Positions 39,728-54,590 of a stretch of DNA of 54,590 bases are shown here, piece after piece. The translations under genes were made by a program, and so were the position numbers. The DNA is from Spirogloea muscicola (Eukaryota), in NCBI GenBank assembly GCA_009602725.1, contig WELB01000004.1, positions 958,002-1,012,591 on the forward strand, given 5' to 3'. The notes beneath the pieces are model-generated. The model saw only the letters and a program-made list of their open reading frames with translations, was not told where the DNA came from and did no database searches. The stretch's first letter is position 1. Every line of letters begins with the position of its first letter.

Positions 39728-42372
39728 GAACATTTGTAAGGCTCTCTTTCAATTTCATGCGCACCGTGCACCTTCTGCCGCGTCAGCAACATAAGAGATA
39801 ACGGCTGCTGATATTAAAGAATCGGCTGTAAACTAAGAGAGAAATACCGTGTATTTGAAACAATTGAAGGCCAATATGGCCAAGTACAAAGGCAAAAAGA
39901 GAGAGAGACGCTTGCAGAGAGAGCGCGCGGTGTGCATGAAATTGAAAGGGAGGCCAATTCCGGCCTTACAAATGTCCTTTTAACTGGGTAATGAGCTGGC
40001 TAAGGGGGACACTAATATCCCCGAGTGAGCACATGCAACAGCAGCTGCCAACAGAAGGGACTCTCATCCATTAGCACCCATCTGTAGTTATATACACTTG
40101 GGTAGCGGTGTGTTTTGAGCCCCCTTCTATACCTGCGTTTCCTGGCTGACGCAGTCCACATGCGGGCAGGCCGTACTATGGCTGCTGCGTCTGGGTCTCG
40201 GCGGAGTGCCTCATTCCCTGCTTCGAGTTACTCTGACTTGCTGTTGCTCACACGTGGATACTGAGCTTCCTTCTGCATCGTCTCGTGTCTAGTTGCGTAG
40301 TTTCTCTTTCGGCTCCTTTTCTTTGGCTTTGGATAATGTACATATTTTTGGGCTGGCTTTGCCAACCCCTCTTCTCTATGAATGTGGCCATCGTTCGGAG
40401 GATGAGATCTCTTTGGCAGCTCACATGCTTCGATGTGTTGCGCGAAGTGAACGTAATGCCTCCCACAATCTTCTCAGAGACACTATGTATGGCTTGGTGC
40501 GCGAGGCAGGTTATCATGCGGCCATGGAGGTGCCGGGCATCATGCCGGTACTCCAGAAGCGTGGCAGGCCTTACGTCAGGCGTCTAGATGTGGTGGCCAC
40601 CCCCCGGAGTGGTGGGGCTCGTCTTCTCCTCGACGTCGTTCTCATTGACGCATTCCAACAAGGGGCACCCACACCGACTGTGCCAGGTTGGGCGACACAT
40701 CACGCGGAGAGGAAGAAGAAGAGGCACTATGATGACCACCCCCGAGGCGACCACTTCTTCCCGAGCGCCATGGACATATGCGGCGGCTATGGAACGAACT
40801 GGTCTTCCCTCCTTCATCGCCTGGCACTGCATGTTGATGCCCGCCGACGTAGTCGGGCTGGTAGTTTAGGCCATTCTAGCGTTCCGCAAGCCATCACTGC
40901 ATGCTATAGGATGCGGCTATCATCGAGTCTGCAGCGCTCCCAGGCACTCGCGATTCACCAGCTTGCTGGTCGTGCATTAGCCCAGGCTAGTGGCTTCCGT
41001 GGTGGTGGTTTGGCTACTCAGTATAGCTTGTCAGATATGCATGTGCTCACTCAGGGATATTTAGTGTCCCCCTTAGCCAGCTCATTACCCAGTTAACAAG
41101 ACATCTGTAAGGCTAGAATTGGCCTCCCTTTCAAATTCATGCGCACCGCGCGCCTTCTCTCTCTCTATGGGCGAGCAATTCTTCTTGGACTTTGTCCAAT
41201 CTTTCTGGGCTGGCCATCCACAGCCCCGCCCCCATATCTTAACACACTCCATTCTTTCGCAGAGCCACTATTCTCCTTTGCAGATCTCAAAGTCTGTGGC
41301 GCTTCTTGGCCCCTCCGCAACCTTGTCCATTCACTTCTCGGGCTGGCCTCTCACTTAGCGCTTTAAGGCCCCTCCATCATTTGGCCCAATGGAACTCTTG
41401 TCAATTCTCTCCGGGCTGGCTTTTCACAGCCCTTGCCCCCATTGGGAGAGCAACTTCTTCTCACAGCCATGGCTGTCAATCTGGAAGAGCTGCTATCTCA
41501 TCCTTCGGAAGAAATTGGCTCTCTCAAATTGGCTCTCTCGTTCGCACTCAAGCTCCCTCAGACCTTGTCCATTCTTTTGGGCTGGCCTTTCCCAGCCACC
41601 AGTCAATCTGGCCGCGCTTTCTCTCAAGGGGGTTAGGGCAGTGAACAGCCAGCCCGAAGTCACAAGGTCCGAAGGGGCCACAGCGCTTTAAGCAAAGCTT
41701 CCCGGTTTGACGATCAATTTATCAGCCTCTAGGTAGCCGCTAGTCAGAAAGACTAGCCGCCGGAAAGCAATCCCATTGAAAAGCCAGAGGATGCAGCTAG
41801 AGCACGGCAGCACGCAGATGCAAGGCGTGGGCCATGGACCGCTGGAATGGTATGCAGTGATGTGGAAGAGCTCACTCTTCTGCAAAGAACTGTGATTTCT
41901 CCTAAACAAGGAGACGAAAAATACCTCAACTGGGGGCGACAACTGTAAGCAAGAGAAACAATTCTTTCAATGTAAGCAATGGCTGTGAGAAGCCAGCCCA
42001 AAGGAATGTACAAGGACTGTAAAGGAAACTTGCTCTCTTAAAGGTGGCGAGGGCTGTGGAAGAACAGCGCTTCCATATTGACAGCAGTGGCTGTGAGAAG
42101 AATTGCTCGCCCATAGAGAGGAGGGGCTGGCAAAGCCAGCCTAAAAAGAATGAGAGAGGCCAGCCCGAAAGGGATGGACAAGGTCTGAAAAAGAGAGAAG
42201 GCGCGCGGGGCGCATGAAATGAAATGGAGGCCAATTCAAGCCGACACATTGTTCAGGCAGAGTCTAGGGCAAACTAAACAGGGCTACATAATACGGAAAC
42301 CTACACCAAGGTGCCTAAGGTGACATCAGTACCCACGGGTGAGCACAAACAAATCCGACAAGCTAACTTGGG
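39728..42372. mobile_element. Second cluster of about 14 nested RLE retroelement 3' fragments, between divergent FTHFS and ABHD13-like genes
   Basis: Tails or ORF ends at about 39728(+), 39795(-), 39915(-), 40130(+), 40380(+), 41186(+), 41305(+), 41360(+), 41550(+), 41625(-), 41950(-), 42060(-), 42190(-). Confidence 0.85.
40380..41166 (+). mobile_element. Longest copy: partial zinc knuckle, RLE endonuclease and 3' UTR, subfamily A, 5'-truncated
   Basis: CGH...AHMLRC, SHNLLRD, E, RRLDVV, LLLDV, AERKKKRHY, FFPSAMD..GGYG, RLSSSLQRSQA; open to the stop at 41096; ends gcgcgccttctctctctct. Confidence 0.87.
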
Positions 42373-42852
42373 GAAAAGAGAGGGACGAGTGGCACAGGAA
42401 GCAAAACACAAACCGCTAAGACGTCAGCAAGTAGGCTCTCAGTAACCTCTAGCTGAGAAAAGCTTGGAGCGATGGAAGACTGCCAGGCATCCGTCAAGCC
42501 GCGCTCCCTCTGTGGCGTTTCCGACCATGCAACGCCGTTACATCGCCCCACCAAGCACGGGGATGGTCAACCAAGACGGCGGCCCCAAGGGGCGGAGGTC
42601 GAGGGTCTGACCAACTGGCCAGCTTCATCATTGCCACTGAGCTGCCTCGTTTCAGGTGGGACCCAGCGCTGCGCTCCAGCGGGCTCAGCGGCCCCGCCCA
42701 ACGCGGCGGCGGCGCCGCGCCCGCCCCACGTCGCCGCCGGCGCCGGCGCCGGCGGCGGCGGAGGAGGCGGTGGCGGCAACGGCGGCTTCGGTAGGTCTAG
42801 GTTTAGGGTTGAGTGTTTAGCGGCGGCGGCAGCGGCGGCGGAGGCCGGAGCC

Positions 42853-45316
42853 ATGCTGAAGTACCTGCGGGCGCTGGCGTACGGCGTCGGCGGCCTCGCC
42901 GCCGCGGGCCTCGTGCTGCTGGTCATCTTCCAGGCGAGCCCGCGCTCCCCCTCCGGCGGCGGAGGATGCGGCCGCGGCCGCGGCGCCGGCGGTCGCTTCG
43001 GCGGCTCGGTGCTGGACCCAGCGCCTCCACCAGGGCCCCTCCGGACGCCGCCGACGAGCCGAGCCTGACATGGGTCCCGTCGTCGACCCGCTGACGGCGG
43101 CGCCGCTTCTGGCTCGCTCGCTGGCGCAGGAGCGGCTGGTGTATGTGCCGGTGGTGCCGGGCCTCACCAAGGCGTACCCCTTCACGCCGGCGCGTGCGCG
43201 CCTCCACTACGAGGACGTCTGGCTCACGGCGCGTGACGGCGTCCGCCTCCACGCTTGGTTCCTCAAACTCCAGCCCGCCAAAGAAGGCGAGCCGCCAGTC
43301 GGCACACACCCAGTCCTCAGTGTTCGGGCAGCAGCTTATCTCCATCTCTGTCCTTGTTTCTCTCAGTCTCGCGCATTGTCATCTCTCGCACTCCCTGTGG
43401 ACGGCTGGCTGGCGTGGTGGATAACCCGTTGCAGCAGGCGAAAGCGCTGAGCTGCGTGGAGCCGTTCATGCTTTGCACCAGAAAGCTGGACGAATAAGTT
43501 ATGGGTGTGGCTCTCGTGCGCAGCAAAGCGCCTTGATGGCAGGGGTTCCTCACACCTGCCAGCTGCACTGACTCCTCCAATGCGCCCCGGTGATCTGCAG
43601 GACCCACCATTGTGTTCTTCCAGGAGAATGCTGGCAGTATCCCCTCCTTTGGCGAGCCCCTTACTGCCTGCTGCGCCTCGCTTGCCTGCATGGCGACCGC
43701 CGCTCACTGCATCCCTAACCATTCCTATGCCCTTGATGCCGAGGCTCGTCCATGCTGTCAGGGTTTTAGGTAGGGCTTTAGGTCATACTTCCTGCAGGTC
43801 GGAGGATGCCGGAGAATGTCGAGGTAAGCAGGGGCCACAGTCCTCCACTCCATGACTCAATTACAAGCTTGCAGAGGAAAGGCCTACCTTGACAGGGCGA
43901 GCCAGACATTGCGCATAGGCTGGACTTCATTGCCATGATGATGTTGAAGCTCCAGTGCAACGTCTTCATGCTCTCCTACCGAGGGTGAGCCGGGGCAATC
44001 GAGCTTTGTCCTTTGCCAGTCCTGCTATTTGCAGAAGTCGCCGGATAGCCACAGACTGGTGTTCATGCTTGAAAGATGCAGGCTGCCGAGTTCATGCATT
44101 CGACACAGTGTAGCAAGCAGAGTCAACGCTGTCTGCTTGTGTGAAACCTTACACTGAGAGATGTGCTTGAGTGCAGGTACGGAGCAAGCGACGGGTTCCC
44201 TTCTCAGCATGGAATCATTCTTGACGCCCAGGCCAGTCCAAATGCAGGGCCTTGAGCTGAATTCCTCCAGTCCTCCAGCCAAAAGAAATTGCAATTTTGT
44301 AATTGCGGTCCTGTGGACACTGCACTCAGGCATTTGAGCATGCTGCAGGCTCCCTGTCTGTCCCTAACCTTCTTGAGCTCCGTAACGTGGCGCAGGCGTC
44401 TCTGGATCACCTGCTGGCGCGACCAGACATTGACTCCAAGCAGATTGTGTTATTCGGGCGGTCACTGGGTGGCGCAGTTGCAACACAGCTGACCGCCAAC
44501 AACCCTGGCAAGGTGCTCCAGTACTTTGGCAGTCAGCCCAGATCTCCAGTGCATGTCAGCTTTGCTGCAGGTCTGGATAATTGGTTAGTCAGCCCGACAA
44601 TGCAGCTCTAGATACTATTACACAGCGCACCGATAAGTACTGAAGCTTCAGAACCGTAGGAGCATTGAGATACTTTCGGGCGGCCCTGATTGCCTCGTTT
44701 ACCCCACCGAGCGAGCACAGGTGGCAGCTATTGCGCTGGAGAACACGTTCACCTCGGTGCTGGACATGGCTGGCCAGATGCTGCCTTTCCTGGGCTACCT
44801 GGTGGGCACTGAGGGCGTGAAGCCGCTCAACCCGCTCGTGCGATCGCCATGGCGCACCGTGGACATCATTGCCTCGGTATGCTTCCTGTGTTGCAGATTC
44901 TGGCGGTGCTCGAGCTGGCGCCTGCATTCCGTTCACTCCATCGTCACCTCTACTCGACAGATGAGACCCATGCAGATAGCACTAATCCTGATGTACGACC
45001 ACCCAATGCGCCGCAGGTCCACACGCCGGTCCTGTTCCTTGCAGGCCTGCAAGACGAAATGGTGCCGCCGGTGCAAATGCGGCGGCTCTTTGAGCAGTGT
45101 AAGACAGACCCACGCAACGCTGCCGTGTTTGTCGAGTTCCGCACTGGCGCGCACATGGACACGTGGGTGAAGGGCGGGGAGCGGTACTGGCGTGTGCTGG
45201 AGCTCTTTCTGCGACAGCATGTGATGGAGCGGAAGCAGCCGCACGGTGCAGCCGCCAGTGGTGCTCGCGCAGAGCTATCGGATGAGCTGTTGGGTCAACG
45301 GCACGCGGTTCTTTAG
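42853..45316 (+). CDS. Alpha/beta hydrolase of the ABHD13/Bem46/WAV2 family; about 8 exons
   Basis: N-terminal TM segment then FQERLVYVP, YEDVWLTARDGVRLHAWF, FFQENAG.IAHR, SYRGYG, FGRSLGGAVA, ENTFTS, DEMVPP, GAHMDTW. Confidence 0.92.
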
Positions 45317-46126
45317 AGAGGTGACGCAGGGTTGCCCCACCTCACCACCAGCCTGGCTGCCAACGGTGCTCGCTCCAGTGGCCGGTATCAGTGCTCATCT
45401 GCTGCCAAATAATGCCGTGCAGCACTTCATGCAGAGCAATGAAACGCGACCATGATACTGCTATGCGCTTGGCTGCCAATGATTCTTTGAATAATTACTG
45501 TGATACACAGAGGCAATCGGCATGTAGAACTGCAGGGTTTCTTCCGGCATGAGATGCACTTGCACAAATTTGCTTACTGGGTGAGCTCGGACAAGCTGGT
45601 CAGATCGCTGGCTATTGATGTACCAGTTGCTGCAGGACCCTGGGCAATAAATTGCGATAATTGCACCACAGAATTATGGAGTATACAGGCCTCAAGGGAA
45701 CCTGTGCTAGGAAGAAAAGCGCGAGTCAATCAATCAAGAGACAGCTCTCTCAGCATCCCTCGTGAAAAGCGGGCGTATCCCCACTTTTCGAATTTGACAC
45801 AAGCTTGGGTGTATGCCCACCAGCATGCCCCAGCACCCACTCCAGCTTAGCAACTGGCCATGTTCACAAGGGGGGTGACTTGCTCACTCGGAGACTCAAT
45901 TAAGCTAAGCATGCGGCTCTACTCTACTCTATGACTGGGCTCATGCAAAGCCTGTGGGTGCCTCACTTAGGTTCTTTGAAGGGCAATGGGCTAATGGAGC
46001 CCCGCCAAGCGGTGGACATTTTATGCAAACGGGACAAAAGATGGTAATCAAAAAGCAGCGGAGGGCGCCTGTAAGCTACTACACTAAGAAGGAGGAGGTG
46101 GGGTGAGACAACAGCGGGGGCTGCTG

Positions 46127-46850
46127 TCAGGAGTAGATGGCGAGCGGCGCAATGGGCGGCGCGCGGTAGGCCAGCCAGTGCAGGCAGGCGGCGGACACAA
46201 CGTGCCAGCAGGTGTGGCGCAGGACGAACTGCGCCTGTTTCCGCGACGTGCGGCTCCACGCCAGGAAGCACAGGGAGAAGACGGTGAGGCCGACGATCTC
46301 GAGCTGCACCCACACCGTCGAGGAGTAGAAGAGCGCGGATCGCAGCGGCCCCAGAAGCACTGCGCCAGGCGGAGAGCACACGAGGCATGTCAGAGGCAGG
46401 GCAATGTGGTCGCAGAGGGCGACGGCGACGACAGCGAGAGTCAGTGGGTATTCTTGTGACGGCAATAGCCTCTGCAGAGGCTCGACGATGACATCCCTCA
46501 GCAATCTTCGCAGCGCCATGAGGAGCAGAGGCGGCAGCCCAACTCGAGAGACTGCCATAAGGGCCGAGTGCGACGGGCGGCGCTGCGGCACAGCCGTGGA
46601 GGCCATTGTGGGCGGGCGCACCTCCGACGGTGGCGACGGAGCGGTCGGCGCAGCACCAGGCGCGGGAGGCGGGGCAGAGGGAGTCGGCGGCGAGGGAGGT
46701 GACGGTGACGGCGGCGAAGAGGGCGGCCATGAGGGGGCAGGCGCGCGCCCAGTAGGCGGCGCATACGGTGGCGTAGAGCAGCGACGAGGCAGCGACGGTC
46801 ACCGAGAAGCGGACGCGCAGGAGGCCCGACGGCCGCCCGCTGGCCGTCAT
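46127..46850 (-). CDS. Small polytopic membrane protein (about 153 aa, 2 exons 46850-46622 and 46359-46127), CREST-superfamily-like
   Basis: Several hydrophobic segments; TSLAAD..., ADR and C-terminal HTCWH motifs; in-frame GT-AG intron; start codon uncertain. Confidence 0.65.
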
Positions 46851-47062
46851 CTCCAGGTGATCCGCCACCCACGCGGCGACCCGCGCCGCACCGCGCGCCA
46901 GTGCCGCGCCCGCCGCCGCCGCCGCCGCCGCCGCCGGTGGGGGCACTGCCTTGCCAAGCCTTCGCCGCGGCGGGGACGAGTGTGCCGGCTTCGAACCTGA
47001 GCAACGCCCCCGCCCCCGCCGCCGTGAGCATTTCCAGGCGCTGCCCGCGGCCCGGAAGGAGT

Positions 47063-47160
47063 GGACAAAAGAAGAAAGTGCTCGCCCATTGAGGATAGGG
47101 GGCTGGAGAAAGCCAGCCCAAAAAAGAATCAACAGAGGGTCCAAAAGGGCCGTAAGGCTC
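47063..47160 (-). mobile_element. Solo ~100-nt RLE retroelement 3' tail
   Basis: Reverse strand: ggcccttttggaccctctgttgattcttttttgggctggctttctccagccccctatcctcaatgggcgagcactttcttc, similar to 26695-26768. Confidence 0.8.
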
Positions 47161-47343
47161 CTAAAATCTTCCCGTCCGGGCGTGCTGGCTCCGACAAGCC
47201 CCGCCCGGGCAGCGGCGCACTCTTTCCACGCCCTGCCCGCCCCTCGGACCCAGCCCGGCACCTTCGCTTCCCGCCCTCCTGGTCGCAGCTACGTCCAGCT
47301 GCATCCAGCCGCTTTCCGCGCCGCCGCCGCCATCGCTGCGCCT

Positions 47344-47374
<31 letters not shown>

Positions 47375-47552
47375 TCGAGGGACTGCGCGAGAGCTTGCTG
47401 CGGCAGCTCAGGACGCCGCCGCTGCGGCGGGCGGTCGGCCTCCCTCGAGCCTTCAGGCGGCGCTCTCGGCTCGCCGCCGGGGGCCTCCCAGCACCCCGCG
47501 CCGACGCCGCCGCCGCCGGCCATGAACGGAAACGGCANTCCGCTCCTTCGGC

Positions 47553-47606
47553 GTGAGCGCCTAGACCCCAGAACCGAAACCCTAGCCCTGAACCCCAAAA
47601 CCTGCA

Positions 47607-47607
<1 letters not shown>
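47553..47607 (+). promoter_or_regulatory. Putative 5'-leader intron of COX5c with degenerate telo-box-like units
   Basis: gtgagc...ctgcag upstream of the ATG, containing gaaaccctagccctgaacccc; land-plant COX5c genes are known to carry a leader intron. Confidence 0.55.
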
Positions 47608-47642
<35 letters not shown>

Positions 47643-47643
<1 letters not shown>

Positions 47644-47826
47644 TGGCCGGCGGCGGGCACCACCTAGCGCACGCGGCGTCCAAGCGCGGGCCCCGGCTGC
47701 TGCACGAGATCGGCATCGGCCTGGCGCTCGGCATCTTCGGTACAGCCCGCCGCCAGGGCCCGGCAGGCCTGACCGACGCCGCGACGCGCCGCCGCCGGGC
47801 TCGGCCGCTGACGCCGCTGATGCCCA

Positions 47827-47859
<33 letters not shown>

Positions 47860-47965
47860 AGGCGCGTCCTTCTGGAAGGTGTACCACCTCAACCTGCGGC
47901 GCAAGACGGAGGATTTCTACGACGCGCTGGAGAACGACACCGCCACCACCATCGCCAAGCAGTAA
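47643..47965 (+). CDS. COX5C: Cytochrome c oxidase subunit 5c; 2 coding exons (47643-47739, 47862-47965)
   Basis: MAGGGHHLAHAASKRGPRLLHEIGIGLALGIFGASFWKVYHLNLRRKTEDFYDALE matches the plant COX5c pattern (H....GP....EI..G..LG..G..WK.HH...R.T..FY..L). Confidence 0.88.
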
Positions 47966-48070
47966 CGGGCGCCCGTGTCAGGTCCCGCCCCCGCGCGCCC
48001 ATCTCTGCCCACCGCCACACGCCCAGTGGTTGTTCGCTCGTCCGTCACCACCTTCGCAGCTCGCCCCACT

Positions 48071-48117
48071 GGAGATGGTCAAGCCAGGGATTGCGGGTTC
48101 AAATCCCGTCTTCTCCG
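48071..48117 (+). pseudogene. Truncated tRNA-Asp(GUC)-like element: acceptor stem and T arm present, D arm absent
   Basis: GGAGATG pairs with CTTCTCC (6 of 7); T arm GCGGG-TTCAAAT-CCCGT; discriminator G; GTC-AA-GCCAG resembles an anticodon plus the 3' anticodon strand. Confidence 0.6.
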
Positions 48118-49196
48118 TCCTGTGATTAAGTGTTAAAAGGAGGGATGGCTGCGTGGCTTCAACTACACCGTGTGCCGCAAGCTTGGACGAGTGGAAGAAG
48201 ACGCTGACTCCACTTATGGCGGCTTTGGTGCCCGCGCAGCAGAGGTGGAGCCTGGGCAGCACCCTCTTATCGGGCGCAGCTCAGTGTAGTTGCAAGTTGT
48301 GTAGCAAGCCGCAGCGATAGGCATGAGCTCTGCACAAGCTTCTTGACATTAAGGCTTCTGCTTGCTCGGGAGGTTGTCATGTCCCCCACTGCCTCGACCA
48401 AGGCGGAGACTGCACAGGTGGCCTTCTGGCCATCGTACACTGGCAAAGGAAATGAATGAAAAACGCCAGTCAACCTTGCGGGTAACGTGCACCTCAGGCT
48501 TCCAAGCCAAGTACAAGTCGGCTCAGAGTCTGCCAGCTTCCCTGCCCATGGGCGAAATTCGCGCTTGCCGCTCATGTCGTCTCTGTGCAGCATGTCTTGG
48601 TGCGTCAATATTGACTGCAGGAATAAGTGACAGCACCAGCCAGCTGAAGGAACAACGTCAGCGAACCTACCCATGTTAGCGTCAGAAGGGCAGAGGCATA
48701 GTCCACACAATTGAGGAAGACCCTTGCTTGAAAGTCGTCTATGCTTGGAAGCAAAACCGTGTATGCTAGTGGCGCTCCTACATGCTCCACCAAGACTTAC
48801 ACAACACAGCTGGTGAAAACTCTCCACTCAATGGATCCTCAGCCCCTTGAGCTTGCAAGCTCAAGCAGGCTGAGTTGGACACAGCCCATAGGTTGCAGCT
48901 GCATCACAAAATCCATGTTGTTCTGAAGTCTCATTGGTGGCAAGCCTGCCTCCGGTAGTTGTACAGTAACACAGATCACTCTATGTTCATGCAGCAGCAT
49001 GGTGGCCAGGCATTGCACAGACAACCTTCCACAGCAAGCTGCTGTACGAAGCCCTGTCATGGTGGTGACAAGGGCAAAATGAATCATGCAGGCCTTAAGG
49101 CCAAGGTGGGCTAAGAGCTAAGAACAAATCATAAGAATGTCAGAGAAAAAGGGGAAGAATTACACGAGCAGCCATCAATCAGCGCTCGCGTCATGC

Positions 49197-54199
<5,003 letters not shown>

Positions 54200-54298
54200 G
54201 CTGCTGCGCCGCGCCCCTGCTGCGGCCGGCGTGGCGGAGGCAATTGCGGGATCCCGTCGGAGAAGGCGTTATTCACGCCGGGAGGAGCGGCGGCGGTG

Positions 54299-54333
<35 letters not shown>

Positions 54334-54365
54334 TGGCTGCGGCGGCGGTCTGGAAGCCGCCGGCT

Positions 54366-54590
54366 GGAAGAAGAAGAAGTGGCACTCCCAATGGGGGCAA
54401 GGGCTGCGAAAAGCCAGCCCAAAAAGAATTCACAAAGGTTCAGAGGGGCCTAAGAGCGGTGAGCAGCTACAAAGGGGCCTGAGGATGCAATGGTAAAACA
54501 GGGGGAGGATGGATCACTCAATAAGTACGAGTGAGGAGCCTCAGATCCGACAGACTAGCTGCCGGGAAGCTATCACCCTGACGAAAGCCA
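54366..54590 (-). mobile_element. RLE retroelement 3' end, subfamily E, running off the window edge
   Basis: Reverse strand GFRQGDSFPAASLSDLRLLTRTY* plus a UTR that differs from 27047-27212 at one position by eye; ends in (TTC)n. Confidence 0.88.

Noticed and set aside
40293..40380. N-terminal part of the 267-aa ORF (FGLALPTP) as a genuine pre-zinc-knuckle motif
   Set aside because: This DNA is the 3'-UTR hairpin of the preceding element (stop near 40264), so the in-frame join is probably coincidental.
41180..41690. Recurrent ~45-nt hairpin motif with variable spacers, CRISPR-like at first sight
   Set aside because: Copies are divergent, irregularly spaced, in both orientations and attached to retroelement ORF ends; the context is eukaryotic and there are no cas genes.
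47280..47540. GC-rich ORFs and ATG (MNGNG) before the single N at 47538
   Set aside because: This could be the start of a gene lost at the join, but it is too short to support. The long ORFs are by-products of GCC repeats.
48260..49190. 186-aa and smaller ORFs between COX5c and UBP
   Set aside because: No domain signal; consistent with 3' UTR and intergenic sequence.

Overview
This is eukaryotic, intron-rich, GC-rich genomic DNA from a green plant. The plant-type gene set and CCCTAAA telomere-like tracts suggest a streptophyte alga, but this is inference. The window holds 13 spliced or partial protein genes in near-alternating orientation: omega/lambda-like GST, a DGD fragment, DHX34-like helicase, SP1-type RING E3, organellar ValRS, SAP/MOS11-like protein, plastid L4, FAH, FTHFS, ABHD13/WAV2-like hydrolase, a CREST-like membrane protein, COX5c and a DUSP-type UBP. 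There are two long N gaps and three single-N joins. The most striking non-genic content is a multi-subfamily group of restriction-like-endonuclease (RLE, CRE-like) non-LTR retroelement relics. They are almost all 3'-terminal fragments, from about 20 nt to 800 nt. They are piled into nested, partly inverted clusters (about 1-1390, 24285-27597, 39728-42372) and also occur as solo tails near gene starts and in one intron. All share a 3'-UTR stem-loop and a pyrimidine-rich (TTC/TC) end. Other notable signals are a 47-nt tRNA-Asp-like minihelix behind COX5c, frequent GC-AG introns, CpG-island-like gene starts bounded by telomere-like tracts, and two divergent genes with no visible start codons. Gene coordinates are genomic spans read by eye, and counts are approximate.
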